Source: Promethearchaeia archaeon
Lineage (GTDB): Archaea > Asgardarchaeota > Lokiarchaeia > Sigyniarchaeales > SOKP01
Assembly (NCBI GenBank): GCA_029856155.1
Contig: JAHQWL010000053.1
Span: forward strand, 1-37,041
Direction of reading: 5' to 3'
Length of the DNA: 37,041 nucleotides
Within the stretch, counting starts at the first letter, position 1. The number at the start of each line of letters is the position of its first letter. Under the pieces are notes generated by a model. The model had not been told where the DNA came from, ran no database searches, and saw only the letters and a program-made list of their open reading frames with translations. The position numbers were made by a program, and so were the translations under genes. Shown here piece after piece: positions 1 through 9,741 of the stretch.

Positions 1-2
1 TC

Positions 3-137
3 GACTTGGTTAAGAATGGATCACTTCAGGTTAAACCGTTAATTACCCACAAATTCCCACTTTCAGAAATTAATGAAGCTTTTGATGTTATGCGTCGCGG
101 AGAGGGAATTAGAATACTAATATTATGTCAAAAATAG
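3..137 (+). CDS. 3' end of a Zn-dependent (MDR family) alcohol dehydrogenase, probably 6-hydroxycyclohex-1-ene-1-carbonyl-CoA dehydrogenase (Had/BzdX-like); 5'-truncated by the window
   Basis: Frame 3 reads DLVKNGSLQVKPLITHKFPLSEINEAFDVMRRGEGIRILILCQK*, a typical MDR C-terminus (ITHxFPLxxINEAF...G.R). The substrate is inferred only from its position before bzdN. Confidence 0.7.
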   Translation, partial: DLVKNGSLQVKPLITHKFPLSEINEAFDVMRRGEGIRILILCQK

Positions 138-204
138 AGGTTTAATAAAATTTTTAATTTATTTTTAACTTTCCAATATAGATTGAATCAAGGGGATAAA
201 AAGA

Positions 205-1326
205 TTGTTTGAACAATTTAAAGATTGGTATGAAAATCGTCATGAATATGCAAAGAAGTGGAAAGAACGTACTGGTGGAAAAGTAATAGGAACTTTCTGT
301 ACATATGTACCTGAAGAAATTCTCTATGCTGCGGATATTCTACCAGTAAGAATATTAGGCAGCCACGAACCACAAGATGTCTCCGAACCGCATATATTTG
401 CTATGTTTTGTCCTTTCTGTCGTGATTGTTTAGCACAAGGATTAAAGGGTAAGTTTGATTATCTCGATGGAATTACGATTGCTCAAAGTTGTCTCCATAT
501 TAGACAAGCTTTTACGAGTTGGGATCTCCACATTCCAGTGGATTTTAAATATTATTTACCACATCCCATGAATGTTCAAAGCCCTCGTGCTGTTCCTTAT
601 TTAACAGAAGAATTAAAGGCTTTCAAGAAAGCAATTGAAGAATGGACAGGGAAAGAAATTACTGAAGAGGATCTCAAACGAGGAATTGAGATTATGAATA
701 CTAATAGACGGCTTTTACAACAAGTATACGAGCTTAGAAAACAACCAAATCCACCATTAACAGGTCTAGAAGCAATGCTTATGGTGGTATCCTCACAAAT
801 GGTTGATAAACGAGATCATAATAAAGCTTTAGAAGAACTATTAGAAAAACTTCCTTCAAGAACTTTAGATGAATCTGGTGAGCGCCTTATGATAGTAGGT
901 TCTGAAGATGATGATACGAAATTTGTTGCTATGGTTGAGGATTTAGGTGCGCGATTTGTTATTGATGACCATTGCACTGGTTCTCGCTATTTTAATAATA
1001 AAGTAATATTGGATGGAGATATACTAACTGCAATATCCAAAAGATATGTAGAACGTACTCCATGCCCAAGTAAAGATTGGCCTCAAAGATTGGGACTTGA
1101 AAATATTGTTAAGTTAGCTAAGGAATACGGAATACAAGGAGCAATCTTAATACAACAAAAGTTTTGTGATCCATGGGAATTAACACTCCCAAAAGTGAAA
1201 GAAGCTTTGGAAAATGACGGAATTCCGACATTGTTTCTTGAGTTTGATGTAACCGTACCCCTTGGTCAATTTAAAACTCGTGTTGAAGCATTTTTAGAAA
1301 TAATAAGAGAGGAGGATCTTTTTTAA
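205..1326 (+). CDS. bzdN: Benzoyl-CoA reductase, Bzd-type, subunit N (HgdB/BcrC family)
   Basis: [47 protein letters not shown] and C-terminal EEDLF motifs; TTG start after AGGGGA; first gene of an N-O-P-Q-ferredoxin order. Confidence 0.9.
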   Translation: MFEQFKDWYENRHEYAKKWKERTGGKVIGTFCTYVPEEILYAADILPVRILGSHEPQDVSEPHIFAMFCPFCRDCLAQGLKGKFDYLDGITIAQSCLHIRQAFTSWDLHIPVDFKYYLPHPMNVQSPRAVPYLTEELKAFKKAIEEWTGKEITEEDLKRGIEIMNTNRRLLQQVYELRKQPNPPLTGLEAMLMVVSSQMVDKRDHNKALEELLEKLPSRTLDESGERLMIVGSEDDDTKFVAMVEDLGARFVIDDHCTGSRYFNNKVILDGDILTAISKRYVERTPCPSKDWPQRLGLENIVKLAKEYGIQGAILIQQKFCDPWELTLPKVKEALENDGIPTLFLEFDVTVPLGQFKTRVEAFLEIIREEDLF

Positions 1327-1342
1327 GGAAGGAGGAATTAAA

Positions 1343-2656
1343 ATGATGGAAACTAAATATCCGACAGAGCAATTAAAGTGTTGGAATAAAGCTAAAGCTC
1401 TTAGAAAAAATTATTATAAAGATTTTGCTGAGGCTCATGATAAAGGAGGCCTTCGATGGGTAGGAGGAGCTTGGTCTTTTGATGCTATTCCTGCTGGTTT
1501 GGGAGATGATGTTTATTCACTAACAGGAGAGCCTTATGGCGCAACTGTAGCATTTAATGATAAATTTGCTTTAGAATGCCATGAAGCTACTGAAGCGAGG
1601 GGCTTTGCGCGGGATCTATGCTCTTATATGCGTAATTATTGGGGATCTATACTTATAAACAAATATGCATGGCCGCAATTTTCAGAAGAATTCCCTAAAC
1701 CTGATTTTATTTGGCAAGATCATATTTGTTGTTCACATGCTAAATGGTATCAAGTTGCAAGTGAGCTTGAAGGAGGAATTCCAATGTTCGACATTGATGT
1801 ATCAGTAGGACCATATGAAGAATTAACAGAACATAAAATTAATTATATTGTTGGTCAGATGCATGATGGTATAAAATGGCTCGAAAAAATCACTGGAAGA
1901 GATTATGATGATGAACTATTAATTAAAGCAGTTAAAAACGAATTTCGTACATGTCATTATTGGTCGGCAATTTGCGAGCTTAATAAGGCAATCCCAGCTC
2001 CTTTAGATGAAAAATCAATGTATTCTTTATACGTTCTTGGTACTTTAAGAAAATCAGCTCAATGGACAGCAGATTTTTATGAAAAGGAATTATATCCTGA
2101 GGTAAAAGATCGTGTAGCACGAGGTATAGCTGCCGTAGGAAACGAAAAATGTCGAATTATGACAGATACACAACCTCCATGGGCATTTTTGAGAATATTT
2201 CGCTATTTAGAGCAATACGGTTGTGTCTCTATAGGGAGTCTTTACACTTTTGGTCTTATTGGGTTATGGGAAGATAAAGAAGATGGGAGTTGGGGTCCAA
2301 AGACTATTCCTGATATTGAGATAACAAATCGAGATGAAGCACTAAGAGCTCTGGCAGATTGGAATTTAAGTAGGCCGGAATGGCAACATTTTTACCATCC
2401 AAAACTCAAATCTGATATGATGATTAGGATCGCAAAGGAATGGAAACTGGATGGTGTATTTTTGCACTTTAATAGAGGATGTGAGGGTTTAAGTCTTGGA
2501 ATCGCAGAAAATCGTCTAGCTATCCAAAAAGCAGGAATACCAACCATGCCCTTTGAAGGCAACATGGGAGATGAGAGAGAATTCGATCTTGAGCGAACTA
2601 TGAAGCGTGTAGATGCTTTTATGGAATCACTTGATATGGAGAAGATAAAATACTAA
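1343..2656 (+). CDS. bzdO: Benzoyl-CoA reductase, Bzd-type, subunit O (HgdA/BcrB family)
   Basis: [11 protein letters not shown]-terminus, [48 protein letters not shown]; RBS GGAGG. Confidence 0.9.
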   Translation: MMETKYPTEQLKCWNKAKALRKNYYKDFAEAHDKGGLRWVGGAWSFDAIPAGLGDDVYSLTGEPYGATVAFNDKFALECHEATEARGFARDLCSYMRNYWGSILINKYAWPQFSEEFPKPDFIWQDHICCSHAKWYQVASELEGGIPMFDIDVSVGPYEELTEHKINYIVGQMHDGIKWLEKITGRDYDDELLIKAVKNEFRTCHYWSAICELNKAIPAPLDEKSMYSLYVLGTLRKSAQWTADFYEKELYPEVKDRVARGIAAVGNEKCRIMTDTQPPWAFLRIFRYLEQYGCVSIGSLYTFGLIGLWEDKEDGSWGPKTIPDIEITNRDEALRALADWNLSRPEWQHFYHPKLKSDMMIRIAKEWKLDGVFLHFNRGCEGLSLGIAENRLAIQKAGIPTMPFEGNMGDEREFDLERTMKRVDAFMESLDMEKIKY

Positions 2657-2724
2657 TTGATTTATAGTATTAGATAATATTTTTAAGTTAAAAATTTAAG
2701 ATAAAAAATAAAAAATGGTTTAAT

Positions 2725-3510
2725 ATGATAACTGCAGGAATTGATTGCGGATCTAAAAATACTAAGGTCGTTCTTTTGAAAGAAAATAACATTTTATCAA
2801 CGGCTTCGGTATTAAGTGGATTTGATCAAGAAGAATCAGCAGAGCAAGCATTAAATAGTGCTCTTGAAAAGGCTGGAATTAAACGTGAAGATGTTAAACA
2901 TCTTACAGCAACGGGAGCTGGAATGGAGGCGATTTCTTTTGCTGACGATAATGTCACTACTATTACATGTGACGGTCGTGGAACATTCTTTCTTTTCCCT
3001 TCAACCCGTACTATTATCGATATCGGAGCAGAAGAAGGATTGGTAGTAAAAATCGATGAGAAAGGAAAAGTCAAGGATTTTGGAATAAATGAGAAATGTG
3101 CTGCTGGAGCTGGTGCGTTTATAGAAGCCATGTCGAGAGCATTAGAAGTAGATATCGAAATTATGGGAGAACTTTCTTTAAAATCAACTAAAAAAATTCC
3201 TATGAACGCACAATGTACTATTTTTGCAGAATCTGAAGTTGTATCATTAATCCACCAAAAAACTTCTAAAGAAGATATAATTCATGCTGTTCATGATGCG
3301 ATTGCTGATAGAAATACAAGTATGGTACGTCAAATAGGTATTGAGAAAGACGTGGCATTGATAGGTGGTGTTGCGAATAATATTGGATTTGTAGATGCAA
3401 TGAATAAGAACTTAGGTTTTGATCTCTTAGTACCAAAAGATAATATCGCACCACAATATATAAGTGCTTTAGGAGCAGCACTTATAGCACAAGATAAAAT
3501 TGGAGGTTAA
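2725..3510 (+). CDS. bzdP: Benzoyl-CoA reductase ATPase/activase subunit P (BcrAD/BadFG ASKHA family)
   Basis: GIDCGSKNTK, ATGAG, IDIGAEE, NEKCAAGAGAF, AQCTIFAESE, GGVANN, ALGAAL. Confidence 0.88.
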   Translation: MITAGIDCGSKNTKVVLLKENNILSTASVLSGFDQEESAEQALNSALEKAGIKREDVKHLTATGAGMEAISFADDNVTTITCDGRGTFFLFPSTRTIIDIGAEEGLVVKIDEKGKVKDFGINEKCAAGAGAFIEAMSRALEVDIEIMGELSLKSTKKIPMNAQCTIFAESEVVSLIHQKTSKEDIIHAVHDAIADRNTSMVRQIGIEKDVALIGGVANNIGFVDAMNKNLGFDLLVPKDNIAPQYISALGAALIAQDKIGG

Positions 3511-3514
3511 AATA

Positions 3515-4402
3515 ATGTTAAATGCAGAATCAGAAAAAGAATATTGGAGATGGACCGAATCTCGTTATACAAACCCAGATCTAAAATGGGAATCCGCAGA
3601 TATTATATCAGCAGGTGTAGACGTCGGTTCGGTAAGTACTCAAGCCGTTATAATGTTAGATGGAGAAATTTATTGTTATTCAAGCATGCGAACTGGATCA
3701 AATAGTCCAGATAGTGCTAATAACGCTATGGATTGGGCGCTTGAGGGTACTGGTTTAACTTTGGATAAGATTCAATATGTTGTTGGAACAGGATATGGTC
3801 GAGTTAATGTTTCATTCGCAAAACGAGCAATTACAGAAATCGCATGCCATGCACGAGGAGCTAACTTTATTTATGGTCCAGAAATAAGAACAGTATTGGA
3901 CATGGGAGGTCAAGATTGTAAAGCGATACGTTGTGATCAACGTGGTAAAGTTACGGCTTTCCTCATGAATGACAAATGTGCGGCAGGAACAGGTAGAGGG
4001 ATGGAAGTGTTTGCAGATCTGCTTCAAGTACATATTAATGATGTAGGAAAAATGTCTTTAGACATTGAAAAAGAACCCGAACCAGTTAGTAGTACTTGTG
4101 TAGTCTTTGCAAAATCAGAAGCAGTGGGATTACTCAGAAAAGGATGGCCTAAAGAAAAAGTCTTAGCAGCATATTGTTCAGCTATGGCACATAGAATTGT
4201 AACTCTTTTATTACGGCTCGGAATAGAAGAAAAGTTTGCAATAACCGGTGGAATTGCTAAAAATATTGGAGTTGTTAAAAGAATCGAAGATGAATTAAAG
4301 CTTAAAGCTCCCGAGCCAAGTGTTGATCCACAAATTGCAGGAGCTATTGGTGCCGCTTTGTTTGCTAAAGCCCTTGTGGAGAAAGAACGAAAAAAAGCTT
4401 GA
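3515..4402 (+). CDS. bzdQ: Benzoyl-CoA reductase ATPase/activase subunit Q
   Basis: EYWRW N-terminus, GVDVGSVS, GTGYGR, EIACHARG, DMGGQD, MNDKCAAGTGRG, STCVVFAKSE. ATG 3515 is preferred over TTG 3500 because GGAGG lies at about 3502-3506. Confidence 0.9.
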   Translation: MLNAESEKEYWRWTESRYTNPDLKWESADIISAGVDVGSVSTQAVIMLDGEIYCYSSMRTGSNSPDSANNAMDWALEGTGLTLDKIQYVVGTGYGRVNVSFAKRAITEIACHARGANFIYGPEIRTVLDMGGQDCKAIRCDQRGKVTAFLMNDKCAAGTGRGMEVFADLLQVHINDVGKMSLDIEKEPEPVSSTCVVFAKSEAVGLLRKGWPKEKVLAAYCSAMAHRIVTLLLRLGIEEKFAITGGIAKNIGVVKRIEDELKLKAPEPSVDPQIAGAIGAALFAKALVEKERKKA

Positions 4403-4432
4403 TGTTCTTTTAAATTAAATAAAAATAAGAGG

Positions 4433-4729
4433 ATGCAAATGACAAAAGCTAATTATGGCTATAAGGATGGTTCAGGAGAATATTTTATCACCATCGATAC
4501 GGATTTGTGCAATTCATGTGGAAAATGTGTAGAAGTATGTCCAGAAGGCGTTCTTGAGATGGCAGAAAATGAGTTAGATCCATTAGGAGATGAGATTATT
4601 GCAAAAGTTTCTGAAGAGCACCGTAAAAAAATAAAATATTCATGTGCTCCATGTAAACCAGGTGGTAAAACAAAAGAACTACCTTGTGTAAAAGCGTGTG
4701 AGTCTGGTGCGCTATCCCATTCCTGGTAG
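4433..4729 (+). CDS. bzdM: Benzoyl-CoA reductase-associated 2[4Fe-4S] ferredoxin
   Basis: ANYGYKDGSGEYFITID, CNSCGKCVEVCP, split second cluster CAPCKP...PCVKAC, ends SHSW; last gene of the bzd operon. Confidence 0.85.
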   Translation: MQMTKANYGYKDGSGEYFITIDTDLCNSCGKCVEVCPEGVLEMAENELDPLGDEIIAKVSEEHRKKIKYSCAPCKPGGKTKELPCVKACESGALSHSW

Positions 4730-4740
4730 GTTATAATTTA

Positions 4741-4772
4741 ATTTAGGTTTTTCACAAAATTCTAACCTAAAT
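4741..4772. terminator. 9-bp perfect inverted repeat (ATTTAGGTT-N14-AACCTAAAT) right after bzdM; terminator hairpin or operator
   Basis: Arms 4741-4749 and 4764-4772 are exact reverse complements and begin 12 nt after the stop codon. Confidence 0.4.
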
Positions 4773-4878
4773 ACTTATAATATTTATCCTTATTATGGGT
4801 AATTTTTAAAAGTAAAAGAAATCTTAATTTTATTTGCTTTTAATCCATTTTAAAATTAATTTGGTGATAAATTTAATT

Positions 4879-5613
4879 ATGAGTGTGAAAGTTATAAAAG
4901 ATTATTATATTAAAAAAAAAGCGAAATTAATGAAGGATTTTGATTCAATTTTGCCTATTTTACAACAAATTTTCGCTAAAAAGCTTAGTGATGAAAAAGT
5001 TAATGAACTTTTTAATCTGATGAAAAAAGAATATGAAGATCTAATTCCTGAAATACCCTACATTGGAGGCAAAAAAAATATCTTTACCAATTACCTTATT
5101 GGAGGTGCGACTGTTCTAGCAATTATTCGTATTTTAGAAAAAGAACAATTTACATTATGGGATATTGGGGAATTTTTCTATAATCTTAGTGATATTAATA
5201 ACAAATTTAGAAAAAAAATGATGGAAGATACTGGCAAGGATCCTTCCCAATATCCTTTTGAAAAAGAGTATATGGATTATATGAAAGTTTTAACAGAAAC
5301 TTCACAGAAAAGAAAATATCCGGAGAATTGGGTGGCGGATTATGTAGAAGGCGATGGCAAAACTTTCGAATGGGGTTTTAATGTTTATGAATGTGGGATC
5401 CATAAATTTTTTAAAAAATATAATGCTGAAAAATATGTCCCTCTCATCTGTTTATCTGATTTTTCTGAGGCAAACATATTTGGTTATGGATTTTCTCGAA
5501 CCCAAACTCTCTCAAATGGAGCCCCTCTATGTGATCATAGATATATAAAAGACGTTGAAACACCTCGAGCATGGCCACCAGATAAAATACAAGAATTCAA
5601 ACTTAAACTCTAG
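4879..5613 (+). CDS. L-2-amino-thiazoline-4-carboxylic acid hydrolase-like family protein
   Basis: IPYIGG, ECGIHKF, ICLSD, RTQTLSNGAPLCDHRY family pattern; ATG 4879 follows GGTGA, so the TTG at 4834 is likely too early. Confidence 0.7.
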   Translation: MSVKVIKDYYIKKKAKLMKDFDSILPILQQIFAKKLSDEKVNELFNLMKKEYEDLIPEIPYIGGKKNIFTNYLIGGATVLAIIRILEKEQFTLWDIGEFFYNLSDINNKFRKKMMEDTGKDPSQYPFEKEYMDYMKVLTETSQKRKYPENWVADYVEGDGKTFEWGFNVYECGIHKFFKKYNAEKYVPLICLSDFSEANIFGYGFSRTQTLSNGAPLCDHRYIKDVETPRAWPPDKIQEFKLKL

Positions 5614-5656
5614 GAATAAAATGCCAAATGCAGGAAGTCAATTTAAGACTTTACTA

Positions 5657-6313
5657 TTAAATATTATATGAAACAATCCAAAAATACTTTAAGAATTGAA
5701 TTTTAAGATTTTTAACTTTTTTTCCTAGAGTATCACGTATTTCTTTCTTAGTTGGAAAATTTTTCAATATTTCATATTCACGTCCATCTTCTAATTTCCT
5801 TATTTGAAAAGTATTTCCATGAATATCCATTCTACTAATTGATGTTGAACTTTTCTTAATACGTCGATTATCAATAAAAACAACCAGAGCATTTAATTGA
5901 AGCTTTGAATGAAATAATGCAATAAAAGGTTTTAATTTTGGTTTTAATATATGAGACCACCAAAAACCAGCAAAACCAGCTGAAAAGTCGTCCTGAATTT
6001 TGTTTAATAGATAAACATCATCTTGAACAAAATTTACTTTATTTGAAGGAATTCCACGGCTTTTTGCTGTTTGAAGAACTTCATCGTTTATGTCAACAGC
6101 AGTGATAAATTTTGAAACAGATGCAATAGTATTAGTCCAATATCCAGTTCCACATGCGACTTCAAGCACATTTTGATCTTTAAATAAAGTTTTTAGCAGT
6201 CTATGAAGTTCCTTAATGTCTTTTTGACGTTCAGGTCTTAAATATGTTATATCATACTCATAAGCCCTATCTGAATAATATTGCTTGATATCGTTATCAA
6301 TTCTTCTAGCCAT
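5657..6313 (-). CDS. Class I SAM-dependent methyltransferase
   Basis: VLEVACGTGYWT motif I, AVD acidic motif II, FAGFWWSHI. Confidence 0.85.
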   Translation of the reverse strand: MARRIDNDIKQYYSDRAYEYDITYLRPERQKDIKELHRLLKTLFKDQNVLEVACGTGYWTNTIASVSKFITAVDINDEVLQTAKSRGIPSNKVNFVQDDVYLLNKIQDDFSAGFAGFWWSHILKPKLKPFIALFHSKLQLNALVVFIDNRRIKKSSTSISRMDIHGNTFQIRKLEDGREYEILKNFPTKKEIRDTLGKKVKNLKIQFLKYFWIVSYNI

Positions 6314-6604
6314 ATATATGCTAATTTAGTCAAATTATTGTTATATATTTATTATATAATCTTGATTTATAATGAAATGAAACATCCTCAGATTGATAGA
6401 TGTAAATATTAAATTTTCAATAATAAATATTGAATCAAGCCATATTTTTCTTAAGATTATTTCTATATACATTTAGAAACCATATTTTATATTAAAAGCC
6501 TGTAGAACGTTAAGACACTTTAATTTATCAAAAAAATAAGTCATTTGTAATTATAAGAAGAAAAAAAATTTTTAATTATATTTTTAGTCCATTACCTTTT
6601 TTAT

Positions 6605-6991
6605 TTATCCTTGAGATGTCTTATCCTTACGTATAGCCCAAAAAGTCCAAATGGCTCCTGCGAAATCAATGGCCCCAAAAATTAAAACAATAAAACTTAC
6701 TAATTGTAGTGCAACAAAAATGATCATGAAAATAATAACTGTAGCTCGTGTGTGAACTGTCCACATGAAAAATTTTTCCAACCCCTCTTCATCAAGAGCA
6801 GCGCGAATATAATAGTAAGCTAAGAGCACTAAAATCATTCCAAAAAGACGTGACATTATATCTGGATCTGTTGGGACCATAACTATTGAAAACAAGATTT
6901 CTGGTATAAATAAAAAGATAATTGCTATAATTATTAGATAAATTCCAAAAATAAAGACGGATAATGCGGCTCTACTCATATCTTTAAACAT
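6605..6991 (-). CDS. Small 4-TM membrane protein, unknown function
   Basis: Four hydrophobic segments; GAGGA RBS upstream on the minus strand. Confidence 0.7.
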   Translation of the reverse strand: MFKDMSRAALSVFIFGIYLIIIAIIFLFIPEILFSIVMVPTDPDIMSRLFGMILVLLAYYYIRAALDEEGLEKFFMWTVHTRATVIIFMIIFVALQLVSFIVLIFGAIDFAGAIWTFWAIRKDKTSQG

Positions 6992-7108
6992 TTTACTTAT
7001 TCCTCGTTTATTTTATTTTTGATATTTTATTATGGGATTTCTACAAAAATGTAAGAAGTCATTTTAATGAATTTTAATTTATTTAAAATTTTAAGTATTT
7101 TTTCAAGT

Positions 7109-7125
7109 GCGAACTTTATAAAAAG
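7109..7125 (+). promoter_or_regulatory. Archaeal BRE + TATA box candidate for the bzdV-like gene
   Basis: GCGAAC-TTTATAAA about 35-45 nt upstream of the start; fits BRE/TATA, but the background is AT-rich. Confidence 0.45.
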
Positions 7126-7157
7126 TAATTAATTTTATGGTTAATTTTATTTAGAGA

Positions 7158-9689
7158 GTGTTTAACATGGATACTATATCAATTACTATTGATGGTACTA
7201 AGGTCGATGCAAAGAAAGGAATTAGTATTTTAGAAGCATCTCAAAATGCTGGTATTTATATCCCAAGTCTCTGTGCACATCCTGATTTGCCTCCTTTAGT
7301 TGGATTAAAGCCGAATAAGGAAGTTTTTCAAGGAAATTCTAAATTCAGAAATACTCAATCTAAAGAGCATCTAGGATGTCAGCTTTGTTTAATTAAAATA
7401 GAAGGGGTGGAAGGATTAGTAACATCATGCAATACCATTGCTGAAGAAGGTATGATTATCAGAACTGATTCATCAGAAATTCAAAACTTGCGGCGTGAAA
7501 AGTTGATGAATATACTTTCAAACCATCCTCATGCATGTTTAATATGTGCTCAGCGTGAGGGTTGTAGTCGTGAACCATGCTCACCTAATGTTCCGGTTGA
7601 AGAGCGTTGTTGTCCAATCTTAGGGAGATGTGAATTACAAAAAGTTGCGGAATATATTGGTATTCGCGAAGACACTCCACGTTATAAACCTCAAGGACGT
7701 GCGATTATTGAAGACGAACCACTTTTTATTCGAAATTATGAATTATGTATAGGTTGTACTAGGTGTGTAAGAGTATGTAGAGATGTTCGTGGTATTGAAG
7801 CTTTAGGATTTGTATATTCTAATGGAGAAACTATAGTTGGAAGTCTTGCACCTTCTCTCAAGGAATCTGGATGCAAGTTCTGTGGAGCTTGTGTTGAGGT
7901 TTGTCCTACAGGAGCACTCACAGATAAAAATATCCTATGGGCTGAACGTGAAAAATTGCTTGTTCCTTGTAGAAATAGTTGTCCATTAGAAATTGATGTG
8001 CCACGTTATATTCGATTAATTTCAGAGAAAAAGTATACTGAAGCAGCAGCAGTGATCCGAGAAAAAACACCTTTTCCTTCAGTTCTTGGAAGAGTGTGTT
8101 TTCATGATTGCGAAATTGAATGTCGTCGGAGTCAAATTAACGAACCTATTGCCATTTGTGCTTTAAAACGTTTTGCCATGGATCATGATAATGAATTATG
8201 GAAATCAAAAATAAGTATTAAACCTTTAACGGGGAGAAAAGTTGCTATTGTAGGTTCAGGTCCCTCTGGATTAACGGCAGCATATTACTTAAGAAGGTTA
8301 GGGCATTCAATCACAATTTTTGAAGCTAATTCTTATTTAGGAGGTATGTTAAGGCTGGGAATTCCTGAATATAGGTTACCACGAGCAGTTCTTCAGAAAG
8401 ATCTTGATCATATTTTAAGTATAGGAATTGAAGTTCAAACTGATAAAGTCGTAGGTGAACATTTATCAATTGAAGATTTGAAAGAACAGGGCTTTAATGC
8501 TATATTTTTAGCTATTGGTGCTCAAAATACTAAAAAGCTTAGTATTAAAGGTTTAGATCTCCCAAATATTTTATGGGGTCTTGATTTTCTGAAAAAAGTT
8601 AATCTTGGTGAAGAAGTAAAAGTATCAGATAGTGTTATCGTTATTGGTGGAGGAAATGTAGCTATAGATGTAGCTTTAACAGCTAGACGCCTAGGGGCTA
8701 AAGTGGTTCAATTAACCTGTCTAGAATGTAGAGAAGAAATGCCTGCTCATGAATGGGAAATTCAAAAAGCAATTGATGAAGGGATAACGCTTAACTGCTC
8801 TTGGGGACCAAAAAATGTTATTGATAAAGATGGTAAAATATCTGAAGTTGAGCTAGTTCATTGCGATTCTGTCTATGATGAGAATAATTTATTTAGTCCC
8901 ATTTTTAATGATGATAATCTAAAATCTATTAAAACTGAAATGGTTATTCTAGCAATAGGGCAAATTCCCGATTTATCTCTATTAGTGAGTGAAAGCAAAA
9001 TTAATATTTCGACATCTGGTTTAATTCATGTAAAAGAAGGAACTCTAGAGACCGATATACCTGGAATTTTTGCTGGTGGCGAGGTTATAAATAGTCCCAG
9101 CTCTGTAGTTGATGCAATAGAAATGGGGCGAAGAGCAGCTTCTTCAATTGACAAATATTTAGGGGGAAATGGGGAAATTGATGACATGTTTATCGAAACA
9201 GATGTTCCTAATCCAAATTTAGGACATGATGATAGTTTTTATGATAAACCACGTGTTCAAATGCCATTCCTGTCTATAGATGAACGTCAAAACAGTTTTA
9301 ATGAAATTGAATTAGGATTTAATGAGGAATTAGCAATTGAAGAAGCTAACCGATGTTTAAGATGTGATTTACGCTTTGAAATCTCTCCTATAGTGCTACC
9401 ACCTCAAAGATGGTTAGAATTAAATTCAGATAATATACAATCTGTACCTGAAGTTGAGGGTGTGGTACAAATATTAAACGAAAATCAAGAAATAATCTTA
9501 ATTCAAGGAACTCCTAATTTACGCAGAGCAATGGAAGAACAATTGGCATCAAATTCTAATGCTTGTTTTTTTGATTACGATGAAGATCCAATGTTCACAA
9601 AAAGAGAAAGTGAATTGCTTCAACAATTCATGCAACAATTTGGACGGTTCCCAGAAGGGAATGAAGATTTAGATGATGATCTCTTTTAA
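7158..9689 (+). CDS. bzdV: BzdV-like NAD(P)H:ferredoxin oxidoreductase (2Fe-2S + 4Fe-4S module fused to a GltD/NfnB-like FAD/NADPH domain and a small C-terminal domain)
   Basis: IPSLC...GCQLC...VTSC [2Fe-2S]; HPHACLIC; CIGCTRCVRVC and CKFCGACVEVCP; PCRNSCP...GRVCFHDCE; GSGPSG, GGGNVA, FAGGE; EANRCLRCD; proximity to bzd operon. The start may be ATG 7167. Confidence 0.75.
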   Translation: MFNMDTISITIDGTKVDAKKGISILEASQNAGIYIPSLCAHPDLPPLVGLKPNKEVFQGNSKFRNTQSKEHLGCQLCLIKIEGVEGLVTSCNTIAEEGMIIRTDSSEIQNLRREKLMNILSNHPHACLICAQREGCSREPCSPNVPVEERCCPILGRCELQKVAEYIGIREDTPRYKPQGRAIIEDEPLFIRNYELCIGCTRCVRVCRDVRGIEALGFVYSNGETIVGSLAPSLKESGCKFCGACVEVCPTGALTDKNILWAEREKLLVPCRNSCPLEIDVPRYIRLISEKKYTEAAAVIREKTPFPSVLGRVCFHDCEIECRRSQINEPIAICALKRFAMDHDNELWKSKISIKPLTGRKVAIVGSGPSGLTAAYYLRRLGHSITIFEANSYLGGMLRLGIPEYRLPRAVLQKDLDHILSIGIEVQTDKVVGEHLSIEDLKEQGFNAIFLAIGAQNTKKLSIKGLDLPNILWGLDFLKKVNLGEEVKVSDSVIVIGGGNVAIDVALTARRLGAKVVQLTCLECREEMPAHEWEIQKAIDEGITLNCSWGPKNVIDKDGKISEVELVHCDSVYDENNLFSPIFNDDNLKSIKTEMVILAIGQIPDLSLLVSESKINISTSGLIHVKEGTLETDIPGIFAGGEVINSPSSVVDAIEMGRRAASSIDKYLGGNGEIDDMFIETDVPNPNLGHDDSFYDKPRVQMPFLSIDERQNSFNEIELGFNEELAIEEANRCLRCDLRFEISPIVLPPQRWLELNSDNIQSVPEVEGVVQILNENQEIILIQGTPNLRRAMEEQLASNSNACFFDYDEDPMFTKRESELLQQFMQQFGRFPEGNEDLDDDLF

Positions 9690-9741
9690 ATTGAAAGAAA
9701 TATAAATAAAAAAGTAAGAAATGAATTTTTTTTGATTAATT

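Noticed and set aside
205-4402. 2-hydroxyacyl-CoA dehydratase plus activator annotation
   Set aside because: Two distinct ATPase subunits, Bzd-specific N-termini and the BzdM-type ferredoxin fit benzoyl-CoA reductase better.
6314-6604. 290-bp intergenic gap as possible ncRNA or gene remnant
   Set aside because: Very AT-rich; no stable GC stem, repeat or recognisable coding remnant seen by eye.
7158-9689. Glutamate synthase small subunit, [FeFe]-hydrogenase or formate dehydrogenase call
   Set aside because: No gltB nearby, and no H-cluster or molybdopterin motifs; only the electron-transfer modules are shared.
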